64,000 bases of DNA from Stellaceae bacterium (lineage in GTDB: Bacteria; Pseudomonadota; Alphaproteobacteria; ATCC43930; CGMCC-115725): the NCBI GenBank assembly GCA_035532935.1, contig DATKQE010000075.1, positions 2,393 to 66,392 on the forward strand, in the 5' to 3' direction. The translations under genes were made by a program, and so were the position numbers. The first letter of the stretch is position 1. Every line of letters begins with the position of its first letter. Shown piece by piece: positions 25,840-35,017 of the stretch. The notes below the pieces were generated by a model. That model had not been told where the DNA came from. It searched no databases and saw nothing but the letters and a program-made list of their open reading frames with translations.

Positions 25840-27336
25840 ATGACGGAGCCGGGCAGCAGCGACGACCGGGTCTTCTTCTCCAGCACCGGGCGCACGCTCG
25901 CGCTCGAGGACGAGATCCGGCTCTTGAGCGTCGGCGTCGATATCGGCTCCTCGACCTCGCATCTCGTGTTCTCGCGCATCGTGCTCGAGCGGCTCGATGC
26001 GCGCTATGTTGTTGCCGCGCGCGCCGCGATCTATCAATCGCCGATCCTGCTCACCCCCTATGAAGCGGCCGAGACGATCGACGCCGCCGCGCTCGGCGCC
26101 TTCATCGCGCGCCAGTACGAGGCGGCGGGGATCGCGCGCGATGCCATCGATACCGGCGCGCTCATCCTCACCGGCGTCGCGGTGCGGCGCCGCAACGCCC
26201 GCGCGATCGGCGAGCTGTTCGCGCGCGAAGCCGGCAAGCTCGTCGCGGTGAGTGCCGGCGACGGGCTCGAGACCACCATGGCGGCCTATGGCTCGGGCGC
26301 GGTCGCGCGCTCGATCCGCGAGCGCGCGCCGGTCCTCAACGTCGATGTCGGCGGCGGGACCGCCAAGATCGCGGTGTGCGAGGAGGGCCGCATCACGGCG
26401 CTCACCGCGCTCGACATGGGCGCGCGCCTCATTGCCTTGGATGATGCGGGCCGAATCGTCCGCATCGAGGAAGCTGGCCGCCATTTCGCCGACGCGCTGG
26501 GGCTTACGCTCGCGCCGGGCATGGTGCTCGGCAAGGTCGATGCGACGCGCCTTGCCGCGTTGATGGTCGATCGGCTGTTCGAGGCGATCGACGGCGGTTC
26601 GCCTTGCGCCGGCGCGGCGAAGCTGCTCCGCGTGCCGCCGCTCGCGCATCGCGGCGCGATCGCCGATATCAGCTTCTCCGGCGGCGTCGCCGAGTATATC
26701 TACGGCGCCGAGACCAAGGGATTCGGCGATCTCGGCCCGCTCATCGCGGGTGCGATCCGCGACCGCGTCGCGGCGCGCGGCCTGACGCTGGTGCGGCCCA
26801 GCGAAAGCATCCGTGCGACGGTGATCGGCGCCTCGCAATACACGATCCAGGTGAGCGGCAGCACCATCTATGTCGCGCCGCTCGAGGTGCTGCCGCTGCG
26901 CAATCTTCCCGTGGTGGCGCCCGATCTTCCGGTCGATGGCGAAGCGATCGAGCCCGATGCCGTCGCCGCCGCCATTGCCGCGGTGCTGGCGCGGCTCGAT
27001 CTCGCCCACGGCGAAAGTCCGGTCGCCGTGTTCGTCCCTTGGCACGGCTCGGCAACCTTCGCGCGGATCGACGGCTTCTGCCGCGGCGTCCTCGGCGGAC
27101 TCGATCGGCTCCTCGCCCAGGGCCATCCGCTGGTGCTTGCCGGCGACGGCGACATCGGCGGCCTGCTCGGCATTCATTGCCGCGAGGAACTCGGCCTCGA
27201 CAACGCCATCGTCTCGATCGACGGCATCGAGCTCAAGGAGTTCGACTATATCGACATCGGCGCCATGATCGAGAGCTCCGGTGCCGTCCCGGTGGTGATC
27301 AAGTCACTGATCTTCCCGGCGAGCGCGCCCGGGTAG
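25840..27336 (+). CDS. EutA-like ASKHA-fold ATPase (homologue of the ethanolamine ammonia-lyase reactivase)
   Basis: Two ASKHA phosphate-1 motifs (VGVDIGSSTSHLV and NVDVGGGTAKIAV). About 498 aa. ATG 25840 follows AGGGAG, 7 nt after the bicupin stop. Confidence 0.75.
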   Translation: MTEPGSSDDRVFFSSTGRTLALEDEIRLLSVGVDIGSSTSHLVFSRIVLERLDARYVVAARAAIYQSPILLTPYEAAETIDAAALGAFIARQYEAAGIARDAIDTGALILTGVAVRRRNARAIGELFAREAGKLVAVSAGDGLETTMAAYGSGAVARSIRERAPVLNVDVGGGTAKIAVCEEGRITALTALDMGARLIALDDAGRIVRIEEAGRHFADALGLTLAPGMVLGKVDATRLAALMVDRLFEAIDGGSPCAGAAKLLRVPPLAHRGAIADISFSGGVAEYIYGAETKGFGDLGPLIAGAIRDRVAARGLTLVRPSESIRATVIGASQYTIQVSGSTIYVAPLEVLPLRNLPVVAPDLPVDGEAIEPDAVAAAIAAVLARLDLAHGESPVAVFVPWHGSATFARIDGFCRGVLGGLDRLLAQGHPLVLAGDGDIGGLLGIHCREELGLDNAIVSIDGIELKEFDYIDIGAMIESSGAVPVVIKSLIFPASAPG

Positions 27337-27397
27337 AACCGGTTGACAGGACGTGCGCTGTGGTCACACTTGGGGCGGCATGCGCAGGAGAATGCGA

Positions 27398-28312
27398 ATG
27401 GACCAGCCCGGATTGATCGTCGCGCCGTTGACGCCGTTCACGCGCGAGCTTGCCGTCGATGAGGCGGCGCTGGCGCGGCAGATCGACTACATCATCAAGG
27501 ACTGCAAGCCGACCATGATCGTTGCCGCCGGCGTCGAGGCGCAGGAATACACCTATCTGAGCCTCGAGGACCGCAAGGCGCTGATCCGGAGCACGATCGA
27601 GCGGGTCGACCGGCGCTGCCCGGTGATGGTCGGCGTCTCGCATCCGTCCTTCCGCGCCGCCATTGCGCTGGCGCATTACGCCGAGACGCTGGGCGCGGCG
27701 GCGGTGCAGATGCTGGCGCCGTTGCGCGCGCATGGCGGGCCGCCCACCGACCGCGACCTCGTCGCCTATTTCGAGGCGGTCGGGCGCGAGACCTCGCTGC
27801 CGATCACGCTCTATCTCAACCCCGGCCCGGGCGCCGAGGTCTCGATCCCGGCGACCATCGCGCTCGCCAAGCTCGACAAGGTGCGCTTCGTCAAGGAAAG
27901 CTCGCGCGACCTTGCGCGCGTCTCGCGCCTGATCGTCGAGATCGACCATGCCGGCCATGCCAAGTACTTCACCACCATGCAGATGCTGCTGACGACGATC
28001 CAACTGGGCGGCGCCGGCGCCACCATGCCGCCGCCGGCGGCCGAGATCGCCCGCCACGTCATCGACGCCTATGTCGCCGGCGATCGCGAGCGGGCGGCAG
28101 AATATCAGCTCCAGTTCGCGCTCTTCCCGGCGCGCTGGATGCATCGCGGCCTGACCCCCACGATGAAGGCGGCGATGCGGATCATCGGCCTTTCCGTCGG
28201 CGACCCCTATCCGCCCTATGCGGCGCTCGATGCCGAGGAGACGAAGGCGCTCGAGGCGTTCCTCAAGACCACCCTCCTCGCCAAGCGCGGGCTCGTCCAT
28301 GCTGACGATTAG
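27398..28312 (+). CDS. Dihydrodipicolinate-synthase/N-acetylneuraminate-lyase family class-I aldolase
   Basis: DapA-family layout with a candidate Schiff-base Lys in VRFVKESS and LYLNPG. It has AAGVEAQE in place of the usual GTTGE block. ATG 27398 follows AGGAG. Confidence 0.8.
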   Translation: MDQPGLIVAPLTPFTRELAVDEAALARQIDYIIKDCKPTMIVAAGVEAQEYTYLSLEDRKALIRSTIERVDRRCPVMVGVSHPSFRAAIALAHYAETLGAAAVQMLAPLRAHGGPPTDRDLVAYFEAVGRETSLPITLYLNPGPGAEVSIPATIALAKLDKVRFVKESSRDLARVSRLIVEIDHAGHAKYFTTMQMLLTTIQLGGAGATMPPPAAEIARHVIDAYVAGDRERAAEYQLQFALFPARWMHRGLTPTMKAAMRIIGLSVGDPYPPYAALDAEETKALEAFLKTTLLAKRGLVHADD

Positions 28313-28733
28313 ACGGCTCTCGATCGAGGAGGCGCAAATCCTCATCGACGGCGCGGCGGCGAAAGCGCGCGAGATCGGCGTGCCGATGTGCATCGCCGTG
28401 TGCGACGAATCGGGCCACCTCATCCGCTTCGACCGCATGGACGGCGGCAAGGTCTCGAGCATCTCGATCGCCATCGACAAGGCCTTCACCGGCGCCGTCG
28501 CACGCCGCGGCACCCATGTCTACAACCAGCTCTGCGTGCCCGGCAGCGGCACCTTCGGCATCCATGTCAGCAACGGCGGGCATTTCAGCGTGATCGGCGG
28601 CGGCCTGCCCGTCACCGTCGACGGCGAGATCGTCGGGGGCGTCGGCCTGTCCTCGGGCACGGCCGAGCAGGACCTCGTCTGCGCCGAGGCCGCGGTCAAA
28701 TATTTCTACGAGAAGACCGGGCGGAAGGCATAG
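28299..28733 (+). CDS. GlcG/HbpS-like (DUF336) haem-binding-type protein
   Basis: IAVCDESGHLIRFDRMDG...SIAIDKAFTGA...GGGLPV...GGVGLSSGTAEQD motif set. ATG 28299 overlaps the aldolase gene by 14 nt. Confidence 0.8.
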   Translation: MLTIRRLSIEEAQILIDGAAAKAREIGVPMCIAVCDESGHLIRFDRMDGGKVSSISIAIDKAFTGAVARRGTHVYNQLCVPGSGTFGIHVSNGGHFSVIGGGLPVTVDGEIVGGVGLSSGTAEQDLVCAEAAVKYFYEKTGRKA

Positions 28734-28737
28734 GCGC

Positions 28738-31017
28738 TTACCCGATCGCCTCGTGCGCGGCGAGCGCAGCGAGGTTGACGAGGTCGGACACGGTGCTGCC
28801 CATCTCGACGATCTGGGCAGGCTTGGCAAGCCCCATCAGCAGCGGCCCGATGCGCTTACCGCCGCCCATCTGCTCGAGAAGCTGCGAGGCGAGCGTGGCG
28901 CTGTCGAGGCCGGGCATGATGAGGACGTTGGCCGGCCCGGTGAGGCGGCAGAACGGATAGCGGTCGCGCATGAGCGCGACATTGAGCGCGATCTCGGCGC
29001 TCATCTCGCCATCATATTCGAAATCGGGGCGGCGCGCGTCGAGCAGCGCCACCGCCTCGCGCACGCGCGCGGCCGCCGCGCGTCCGGGATTGCCGAAACT
29101 CGAATGCGACAGCAGCGCCACGCGCGGCTCCTGGCCCATCATGCGGCGGGCACATTCGGCCGACTGCATGGCGATGTCGGCGAGTTCCGGTCCCGTCGGC
29201 GCATCGTGCGCGGTGGTGTCGGCAATGAACAGCGACCGGCCCCGCGACACCAGCAGCGCATAGCCGAAGATCCGGCTTCCCTCTTTGGCGCCGATGACCC
29301 GCACGACCTCGTCGAAGGCCTGGAAATAGTTGCGCGTCTCGCCCGTCACCATCGCATCGGCGTCGCCGCACGCGACCATGCAGGCGGCGAAGACGTTGCG
29401 ATCCTGGTTCACCATGCGCTGGCAGTCGCGGCGGAGCGCGCCGTCGCGCTGCAGCCGGCCGTAAAGAAACCCGGCATAGGCCTCGCCGGCGGGCGACAGG
29501 CGCGGGTTGTGGATCTCGAGCGCGGCGGTTTCGGCGAGTCCCAGCGCGTCGAGCGCGGTGCGGATGCGCTCGTGGCGCGCGACCAGGACCGGCGTGCCAT
29601 AGCCGCTGTCGCGGAACGACAGCGCGGCGCGGATGGTCTTCTCCTCCTCGCCCTCGGCGAAGACGACGCGCTTGGGGTTGGCGCGCACCTGATCGAAGAT
29701 GCGCTGCAGGCTCGCGGCGGTCGGATCGAGCCGGCCCTTGAGGCTGTTGCGATAGGTGGCGAGATCGGCGTAGGGCCGGCGCGCCACGCCCGAATCGATC
29801 GCCGCCTTGGCGACCGCCGGCGGTATCGACCAGATGAGGCGCGGATCGAACGGCGTCGGCACGATATAGTCTGGCCCGTAACGCAGCCGCTGGCCCGCAT
29901 AGGCGGCCGCCACCTCGTCGGGCACATCCTCGCGCGCAAGCTTGGCGAGTGCATGGGCGGCGGCGATCTTCATGGCGTCGTTGATGGTCGAGGCGCGGAC
30001 GTCGAGCGCGCCGCGGAAGATATAGGGAAACCCCAGGACGTTGTTGATCTGGTTGGGATAGTCCGAGCGGCCGGTGCAGATGATCGCGTCGGGCCGCACC
30101 GCCCGCACCTCCTCGGGCGCGATCTCGGGATCGGGGTTGGCCATGGCCGCGATCATCGGCCGCTTGGCCATGGCTTTGACCATATCCGATGTCACCGCGC
30201 CCTTGACCGAGAGCCCGAAGAACACGTCGGCGCCCTCGAGCGCCTCGGTCAAGGTGCGCCGCTTGGTCACCGCCGCATGGGCCGACTTCCATTGATTCAT
30301 GCCGTCGCGGCGGCCCTCGTAGATGACGCCCTTGGTGTCGCACAGCAGCACATTGGCGTGCGGCAGGCCCATGCTCTTCAACAGCTCGACGCAGGCGATT
30401 GCCGCGGCGCCCGCTCCGTTCACCACCATGCGGATGGTCTTGAGATCGCGCCCGGTGAGATCGAGCGCGTTCAGGAGCGCCGCCGTGGCGATGATCGCGG
30501 TGCCGTGCTGATCGTCGTGAAAGACAGGAATGTCCAAGAGCTCGCGCAGGCGCTGCTCGATGATGAAGCATTCTGGCGCCTTGATGTCCTCGAGATTGAT
30601 GCCGCCGAAGGCCGGGTGGAGATAGCGCACGCAATTGACGAACGCATCGATATCGGCGGTGGCGATCTCGAGATCGATGCTGTCGATCCCGGCGAAGCGC
30701 TTGAACAGCACCGCCTTGCCTTCCATCACCGGCTTCGCGGCAAGCGCGCCGAGATCGCCCAGCCCCAGCACCGCGGTGCCGTTGGTGATCACCGCGACGA
30801 GATTGCCCTTGGCGGTGTACTCATAGGCGAGCGCCGGGTCGCGCTTGATGTGAAGGCAGGGATAGGCCACGCCCGGCGAATAGGCGAGCGACAGGTCCTG
30901 CTGCGTCGTCAGCGGTTTGGTCGGCGCGATCTCGAGCTTGCCCGGCCGGCCCTCGACATGGAAGCGGAGCGCTTCCTGCTCGGTGACCCGGGACGCGGCA
31001 CATTCGGACTCTGACAC
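28738..31017 (-). CDS. maeB: NADP-dependent malic enzyme with C-terminal phosphotransacetylase-like domain
   Basis: [38 protein letters not shown]-terminus and a PTA-like C-terminal half. I prefer GTG 31017 (GGGAGGG 4 nt upstream) over ATG 31041, which has no SD. Confidence 0.9.
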   Translation of the reverse strand: MSESECAASRVTEQEALRFHVEGRPGKLEIAPTKPLTTQQDLSLAYSPGVAYPCLHIKRDPALAYEYTAKGNLVAVITNGTAVLGLGDLGALAAKPVMEGKAVLFKRFAGIDSIDLEIATADIDAFVNCVRYLHPAFGGINLEDIKAPECFIIEQRLRELLDIPVFHDDQHGTAIIATAALLNALDLTGRDLKTIRMVVNGAGAAAIACVELLKSMGLPHANVLLCDTKGVIYEGRRDGMNQWKSAHAAVTKRRTLTEALEGADVFFGLSVKGAVTSDMVKAMAKRPMIAAMANPDPEIAPEEVRAVRPDAIICTGRSDYPNQINNVLGFPYIFRGALDVRASTINDAMKIAAAHALAKLAREDVPDEVAAAYAGQRLRYGPDYIVPTPFDPRLIWSIPPAVAKAAIDSGVARRPYADLATYRNSLKGRLDPTAASLQRIFDQVRANPKRVVFAEGEEEKTIRAALSFRDSGYGTPVLVARHERIRTALDALGLAETAALEIHNPRLSPAGEAYAGFLYGRLQRDGALRRDCQRMVNQDRNVFAACMVACGDADAMVTGETRNYFQAFDEVVRVIGAKEGSRIFGYALLVSRGRSLFIADTTAHDAPTGPELADIAMQSAECARRMMGQEPRVALLSHSSFGNPGRAAAARVREAVALLDARRPDFEYDGEMSAEIALNVALMRDRYPFCRLTGPANVLIMPGLDSATLASQLLEQMGGGKRIGPLLMGLAKPAQIVEMGSTVSDLVNLAALAAHEAIG

Positions 31018-31044
31018 GGTTCCCTCCCACAGGGCATCCATTGC

Positions 31045-31065
31045 TGGGGCGCGGATCGCGCCCCA
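31045..31065 (-). terminator. 9-bp perfect GC hairpin between the PhtD-like stop and maeB (terminator or processing-type structure, no U tract)
   Basis: TGGGGCGCG-gat-CGCGCCCCA fills most of the 34-bp gap. Confidence 0.35.
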
Positions 31066-31075
31066 GGCATCATTA

Positions 31076-32071
31076 TTAGATTCTCGAAATCTCGATGGTC
31101 GGCTTCGCGAAAAGCTGCTCGGCCGCGAGCCTCTGCTTGACCAGGCCCTGTTCATGAGCATAGCGCGCCAGCGTCTCGATTTCCTTGTGGTTCTCCGCGA
31201 CGCCATAGCGCCAGTAGTCGGCACCCATCAGCGCCATCGTCTCGAGGCATTCCGCCTCGAGCCACGGCAGGGTGACACGCAGCGCGTTGATGTCGCGGAC
31301 CTCCTCCATGGCGATGTCCTTGGCCGCGGCGAAGGCCTTGTAGAGACTGGTGGGCAGCCAGGGATGGCGTTCGACGAGGCTCTTCCTGATGCCGACGAGG
31401 TGCATGATCGGAAACATCCCGGTCTTGCGGTAATACGCCTGCTCGGCCTCGCGCGTGTTGGGAAAGAGGCGGCCGACATTGGGCGCCCCGCGCAGGAAGC
31501 AGGACGGCGCGCGCGCGCTGAACATGGCGTCGAGCTCGCCCGACGCCAGCATGCCCGAGAGCGTCCTGTCCGGCGCGATCGGCTGGAGATCGAGCCCCGG
31601 AATGGGCGCGAGCGGCGTGCGCTCGTCGCGCCCAGGCTGCTCGATGCCGCCCGAGCGCCACCTGATGTCGGTCGGCTTGACCCCGTACTCGTCCTGCAGG
31701 ATGCCGCGCATCCACACCACGGCGGTGATCTGGTATTCCGGCAGGCCAATCAGCTTGCCTTTCAGGTCCTGCGGCGTGCGGATGCCGCGGTCGGTGCGGA
31801 CATAGATCCCCGAATGGCGGAACACGCGCGAGACGAAGGCCGGAATGCCGATATATTCCGACGTTCCGGCATCGGTGACGCGCAGATACGAGCTGAAGGA
31901 CAGCTCGCACACGTCGAACTCCTGATAGCGGAAGGCGCGGAAGAACACCTCCTCGGGCTCGAGCGGGATGTAGGTGACGTCGCAGCCTTCGACCGGCACG
32001 CGTCCGTCCTTGATGGCGCGCGTGCGATCATAATCGCCGCAGGCGATGGTGAGTGGAATCTGAACGACCAT
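31076..32071 (-). CDS. 4,5-dihydroxyphthalate-decarboxylase (PhtD)-like protein, periplasmic-binding-protein-type-II fold, no signal peptide
   Basis: MVVQIPLTIACGDYDRTRAIKDGRV...EPEEVFFRAFRYQEFDVCELSFSSY...LKGKLIGLPEYQITAVVW. Paralogue at 46366-47370. Strong SD GAGGAGAAC. Confidence 0.7.
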   Translation of the reverse strand: MVVQIPLTIACGDYDRTRAIKDGRVPVEGCDVTYIPLEPEEVFFRAFRYQEFDVCELSFSSYLRVTDAGTSEYIGIPAFVSRVFRHSGIYVRTDRGIRTPQDLKGKLIGLPEYQITAVVWMRGILQDEYGVKPTDIRWRSGGIEQPGRDERTPLAPIPGLDLQPIAPDRTLSGMLASGELDAMFSARAPSCFLRGAPNVGRLFPNTREAEQAYYRKTGMFPIMHLVGIRKSLVERHPWLPTSLYKAFAAAKDIAMEEVRDINALRVTLPWLEAECLETMALMGADYWRYGVAENHKEIETLARYAHEQGLVKQRLAAEQLFAKPTIEISRI

Positions 32072-32079
32072 GTTCTCCT

Positions 32080-33141
32080 CTAGCTCCGTGAATTGCGCGT
32101 GTGATCGACTTGCATGTTCGCGAGGAATAGCACCAGCGGATGGATGCCGAGCGCCAGCAGCCGCGACTGGTCGAGCGAAGCGAGCGCCGCCTGCTCGTCG
32201 CCGGCCAGGCCCGAAGCCGCGGCATAGCCCGCGGGATCGTCGAGATAGCGGCGGCGCTCGGCCTCGTCATTGGCGAGGCGATGCAGCATCTGCGTCAACC
32301 GTACCCGCTCCGGATGGATCGGCGGGTAATGCAGCCTGTCGGGGCGTTCGGCCGGCGGCGCGTCGAAGGCCATCGTCGCGTAGGTGTGATGCCAGCTCGG
32401 CTCGAACGCAGCGATGTCGGCCTTGCGCTCGCCGAGCATGCCTGCGGCGATCGCCCACGAGCGCAGCTCGACATTGCCCATGTCATCGAGCAACCGTTCC
32501 TCGAGCCCGAGGAGATGGCGAAGATTGCCGCCCTTCAGGATATCGAAAAGCTGGCGGTCGAACGCGACCTCGGGCCGCGCATAGCGATCGGTGCCGGGGT
32601 AGTGCGACATGCCACCGCTGGCGACGACGACCGCGCCGATCCCCGCCGCCGCGATGCCGCGGGCGAGCGCCTCGCCGAAAGCAAAGCAGCGCAGCATCGG
32701 TGGCTGCGGCGGAATGTAGGAATTGACGTAAAGCGGCACGATCGGCTGCGCGACGCCGAGGAAGGTCAGGGGAATGCCGAAGGCATAGTCGATCCCCGCG
32801 TTGTTGGTGAAGGCCGGGTCGAATCCTTCCTGCTGCATGTGGCGCATGAGCCGCATGGAGACGTCGCTGGCGATCGTGAAGCGGAACGCGCGACCCGCGA
32901 ACGAGCCGCCCGCCTCGGCGCCGAGATGGAAGCAGAACGGTGGCGTGCAATGCAGCAGGAACTGATTGGCGTGGTCGTTAGCGACGACGATCCAGACATC
33001 GGGGCGGAGCGCGGCGAGCCGCCGCCCCACCTCGCCCATGACCTCGCGCACGCGCGCGACCGTCGCCTTGTCCTCGGTCTCGGGCAGCGAGAAGAATTGC
33101 GGCGCGTGCGGCACCAAGGCGCCGCCCAGAACACCAGGCAT
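32080..33141 (-). CDS. Class III extradiol ring-cleavage dioxygenase, fused LigB-like catalytic domain plus LigA-like C-terminal domain
   Basis: LVPHAPQF...VANDHANQF...SGGMSHYPG LigB-type motifs. The C-terminal ~90 aa (LHRLANDEAERRRYLDDPAGYAAASGL...) resemble LigA small subunits. Confidence 0.8.
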   Translation of the reverse strand: MPGVLGGALVPHAPQFFSLPETEDKATVARVREVMGEVGRRLAALRPDVWIVVANDHANQFLLHCTPPFCFHLGAEAGGSFAGRAFRFTIASDVSMRLMRHMQQEGFDPAFTNNAGIDYAFGIPLTFLGVAQPIVPLYVNSYIPPQPPMLRCFAFGEALARGIAAAGIGAVVVASGGMSHYPGTDRYARPEVAFDRQLFDILKGGNLRHLLGLEERLLDDMGNVELRSWAIAAGMLGERKADIAAFEPSWHHTYATMAFDAPPAERPDRLHYPPIHPERVRLTQMLHRLANDEAERRRYLDDPAGYAAASGLAGDEQAALASLDQSRLLALGIHPLVLFLANMQVDHTRNSRS

Positions 33142-33156
33142 CGAACCTCCGTCGGC

Positions 33157-33666
33157 TCAGATCGGCATCACCAGCGTGTTGTCGATCAGCAGCGTATCGT
33201 AGACGCAATGGCGTTCGCGCAACAGCAGGCGTCCGCCGATGCGCGCGAACCGGTCGTAATAGCGTCCGGCCTGATGCAGCGTGGTGCGTTCGTCCACCAG
33301 CGTCTGCAGCACGAGATAGTTGGCCTGCGCCGCGACGACGGCGTCGGCGACGCCGAGGATGCGGAGATTGGTCACGTGATGCTGCAGATAGCGCGGCGCG
33401 AACATCTCGGTCCGGGCGATGGCGAGCGCGCGGTCGCGCAGCATGCCCTTGCCCTCGCAATAGACGAGGCCGACCGGAAGTCCGGAATCCGCATTCTCGC
33501 GGCCGGTGATGCGGTAGATCGCGTCCTCGGCGAAGAAGGACGGCCAATCGGCGATGCGGTCCTCGTCGAGCGCCGCGCAATATTCGGCGTGAAATTCCTC
33601 GATCTCGAGGCGCAGCGCGCGCGCCATGGCGGGATCGAGTTCGGTCCTGGCGAAGCCCGCGAGCAT
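33157..33666 (-). CDS. Aromatic-ring-hydroxylating dioxygenase beta subunit (NTF2/SnoaL-like)
   Basis: IEEFHAEYCAALDEDRIADWPSFFAEDAIYRI... is a typical beta-subunit N-terminus. ATG 33666 overlaps the alpha-subunit stop by 1 nt. Confidence 0.8.
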   Translation of the reverse strand: MLAGFARTELDPAMARALRLEIEEFHAEYCAALDEDRIADWPSFFAEDAIYRITGRENADSGLPVGLVYCEGKGMLRDRALAIARTEMFAPRYLQHHVTNLRILGVADAVVAAQANYLVLQTLVDERTTLHQAGRYYDRFARIGGRLLLRERHCVYDTLLIDNTLVMPI

Positions 33667-34937
33667 CACACCCCCATGACTCCGCGCCAATGGCGATAGA
33701 GCGCGCGGATCGCCGCCTCGGTGATGAGGGTCGTGGCGCTGCCTTCGGCGGTGCCGCCGAGCTCGACCATGGCGGCGCCATCGCGCGACTTGCGAAGACC
33801 ATCCTGGACGAATTTCATCGCCTCGTTGTCCTCGAGCCCGAGGAATCCCGCGGGACCCATCAGATTGCCCTGACGCAGGCGGTGGCGCAGCATCTCGTCG
33901 CTGTCGCCCTCATAGCCGAACATGGTCCAGATCATGGCGAATTCGTTGGGGCCCATCGGCACGATCTGTCGCGTCCCGAGCGTGTTGAGCTCGCGCTGCA
34001 CGATCATGGTCGGCCATATCGTCTGCATCGTCACCGACCAGGGCGAGCGGAACTCGCGCACGTAATCCATGAGGCGCGGGTCGGCGAGCCGCAGATCCTC
34101 GTGGAAGGCGCGCATCTCGCGCTGGCTGTCGCGATCGATCTTGACCGCGTCAGACCGGGCGGACGCCATGGTGCCGTGCCGCCCGGTCGGGTCGACGATC
34201 ATTGCCGATTTGTTGCCGGCGACGAGCAGGCCGAAGGTCACGAGATAGGAATGAAGCAGGGTCGCGTGATAGGGGTCCTTGAGATTCTCGTGATACATCT
34301 TCCAGTTGGCCGGCACCGTGTTGCGGTAATAGCCGAGGATCTTGAGCTTGCGGCCATCGAACACCGCATCGAAATCCTCCAGCATCTCCGACCCGAGATA
34401 GTCCTCGAGTGGCTCGGTATCGGCCGCGAACGAGGCGAACACGACGCCGTTCCGCGTCGCGACGGCAAGCCTGCGCACGCCGTGCGCCTCGAGATTGAAG
34501 CCCTGGGGCATGCCGCCTTCGCCGGCGAGGCCGCGACGGAACGGCACGGCGGCGAGCTTGCCCGTGAGGTCATAGGTCCATTGGTGATAAGGGCAGACGA
34601 ACTCACGCGCATTGCCGCGATAGGGTCGGCAGAACTCGGCGCCGCGATGGGCGCAGCGGTTCTCGAAGACGTGGATGGCGCCATCCATCGCGCGCGCGAC
34701 CACCACCGGGGTCGGGCCGACGAACGAGCGCTTGAAATCACCCGGTTCGGGAATCTCCGCCTCGAGCGCCACGAAATTCCAGCACCGTCCGTGAAAGATG
34801 CGCTCGACCTCGCGCTCGTAGATCGTCTGGCTGGTATAGACCCAGTCCGGAATGCGCGCGAGTCCCTCCGCCGGCCAGATATAATCCAGCGCCGCCGATG
34901 CGGACTCCTCGATCTCAGGGCGAGCACTGTCGGGCAT
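33666..34937 (-). CDS. Rieske [2Fe-2S] aromatic-ring-hydroxylating oxygenase alpha subunit
   Basis: Rieske motif CAHRGAEFCRPYRGNAREFVCPYHQW (CxH-x17-CxxH). Catalytic-domain His pair region (NLKDPYHATLLH). ATG 34937. Confidence 0.9.
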   Translation of the reverse strand: MPDSARPEIEESASAALDYIWPAEGLARIPDWVYTSQTIYEREVERIFHGRCWNFVALEAEIPEPGDFKRSFVGPTPVVVARAMDGAIHVFENRCAHRGAEFCRPYRGNAREFVCPYHQWTYDLTGKLAAVPFRRGLAGEGGMPQGFNLEAHGVRRLAVATRNGVVFASFAADTEPLEDYLGSEMLEDFDAVFDGRKLKILGYYRNTVPANWKMYHENLKDPYHATLLHSYLVTFGLLVAGNKSAMIVDPTGRHGTMASARSDAVKIDRDSQREMRAFHEDLRLADPRLMDYVREFRSPWSVTMQTIWPTMIVQRELNTLGTRQIVPMGPNEFAMIWTMFGYEGDSDEMLRHRLRQGNLMGPAGFLGLEDNEAMKFVQDGLRKSRDGAAMVELGGTAEGSATTLITEAAIRALYRHWRGVMGV

Positions 34938-35017
34938 GTTGCCGTCCTCGCGCGGGACTTGACGCCAACCGAGTATACGTCCGCTTCCCCGGCGCGCAAT
35001 CGCGCCGCGCGCGGGGC

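Noticed and set aside
24612-27336. Ethanolamine utilisation (eut) locus, suggested by the EutA homologue and the 'EAL-activating' bicupin.
   Set aside because: No EutB/EutC, EutT, EutE/G, microcompartment shell or any cobalamin-binding gene is present in the window. The context is an MFS transporter, an aldolase and GlcG. It is reported instead as an uncharacterised module.
27337-27397. Consensus -35 hexamer TTGACA (27344-27349) preceded by the AACCGGTT palindrome, between the EutA-like and aldolase genes. It could be read as an internal promoter.
   Set aside because: No acceptable -10 element lies at 16-18 bp (only CACACT/ACACTT). An isolated hexamer is not sufficient evidence, so it is left as a note only.
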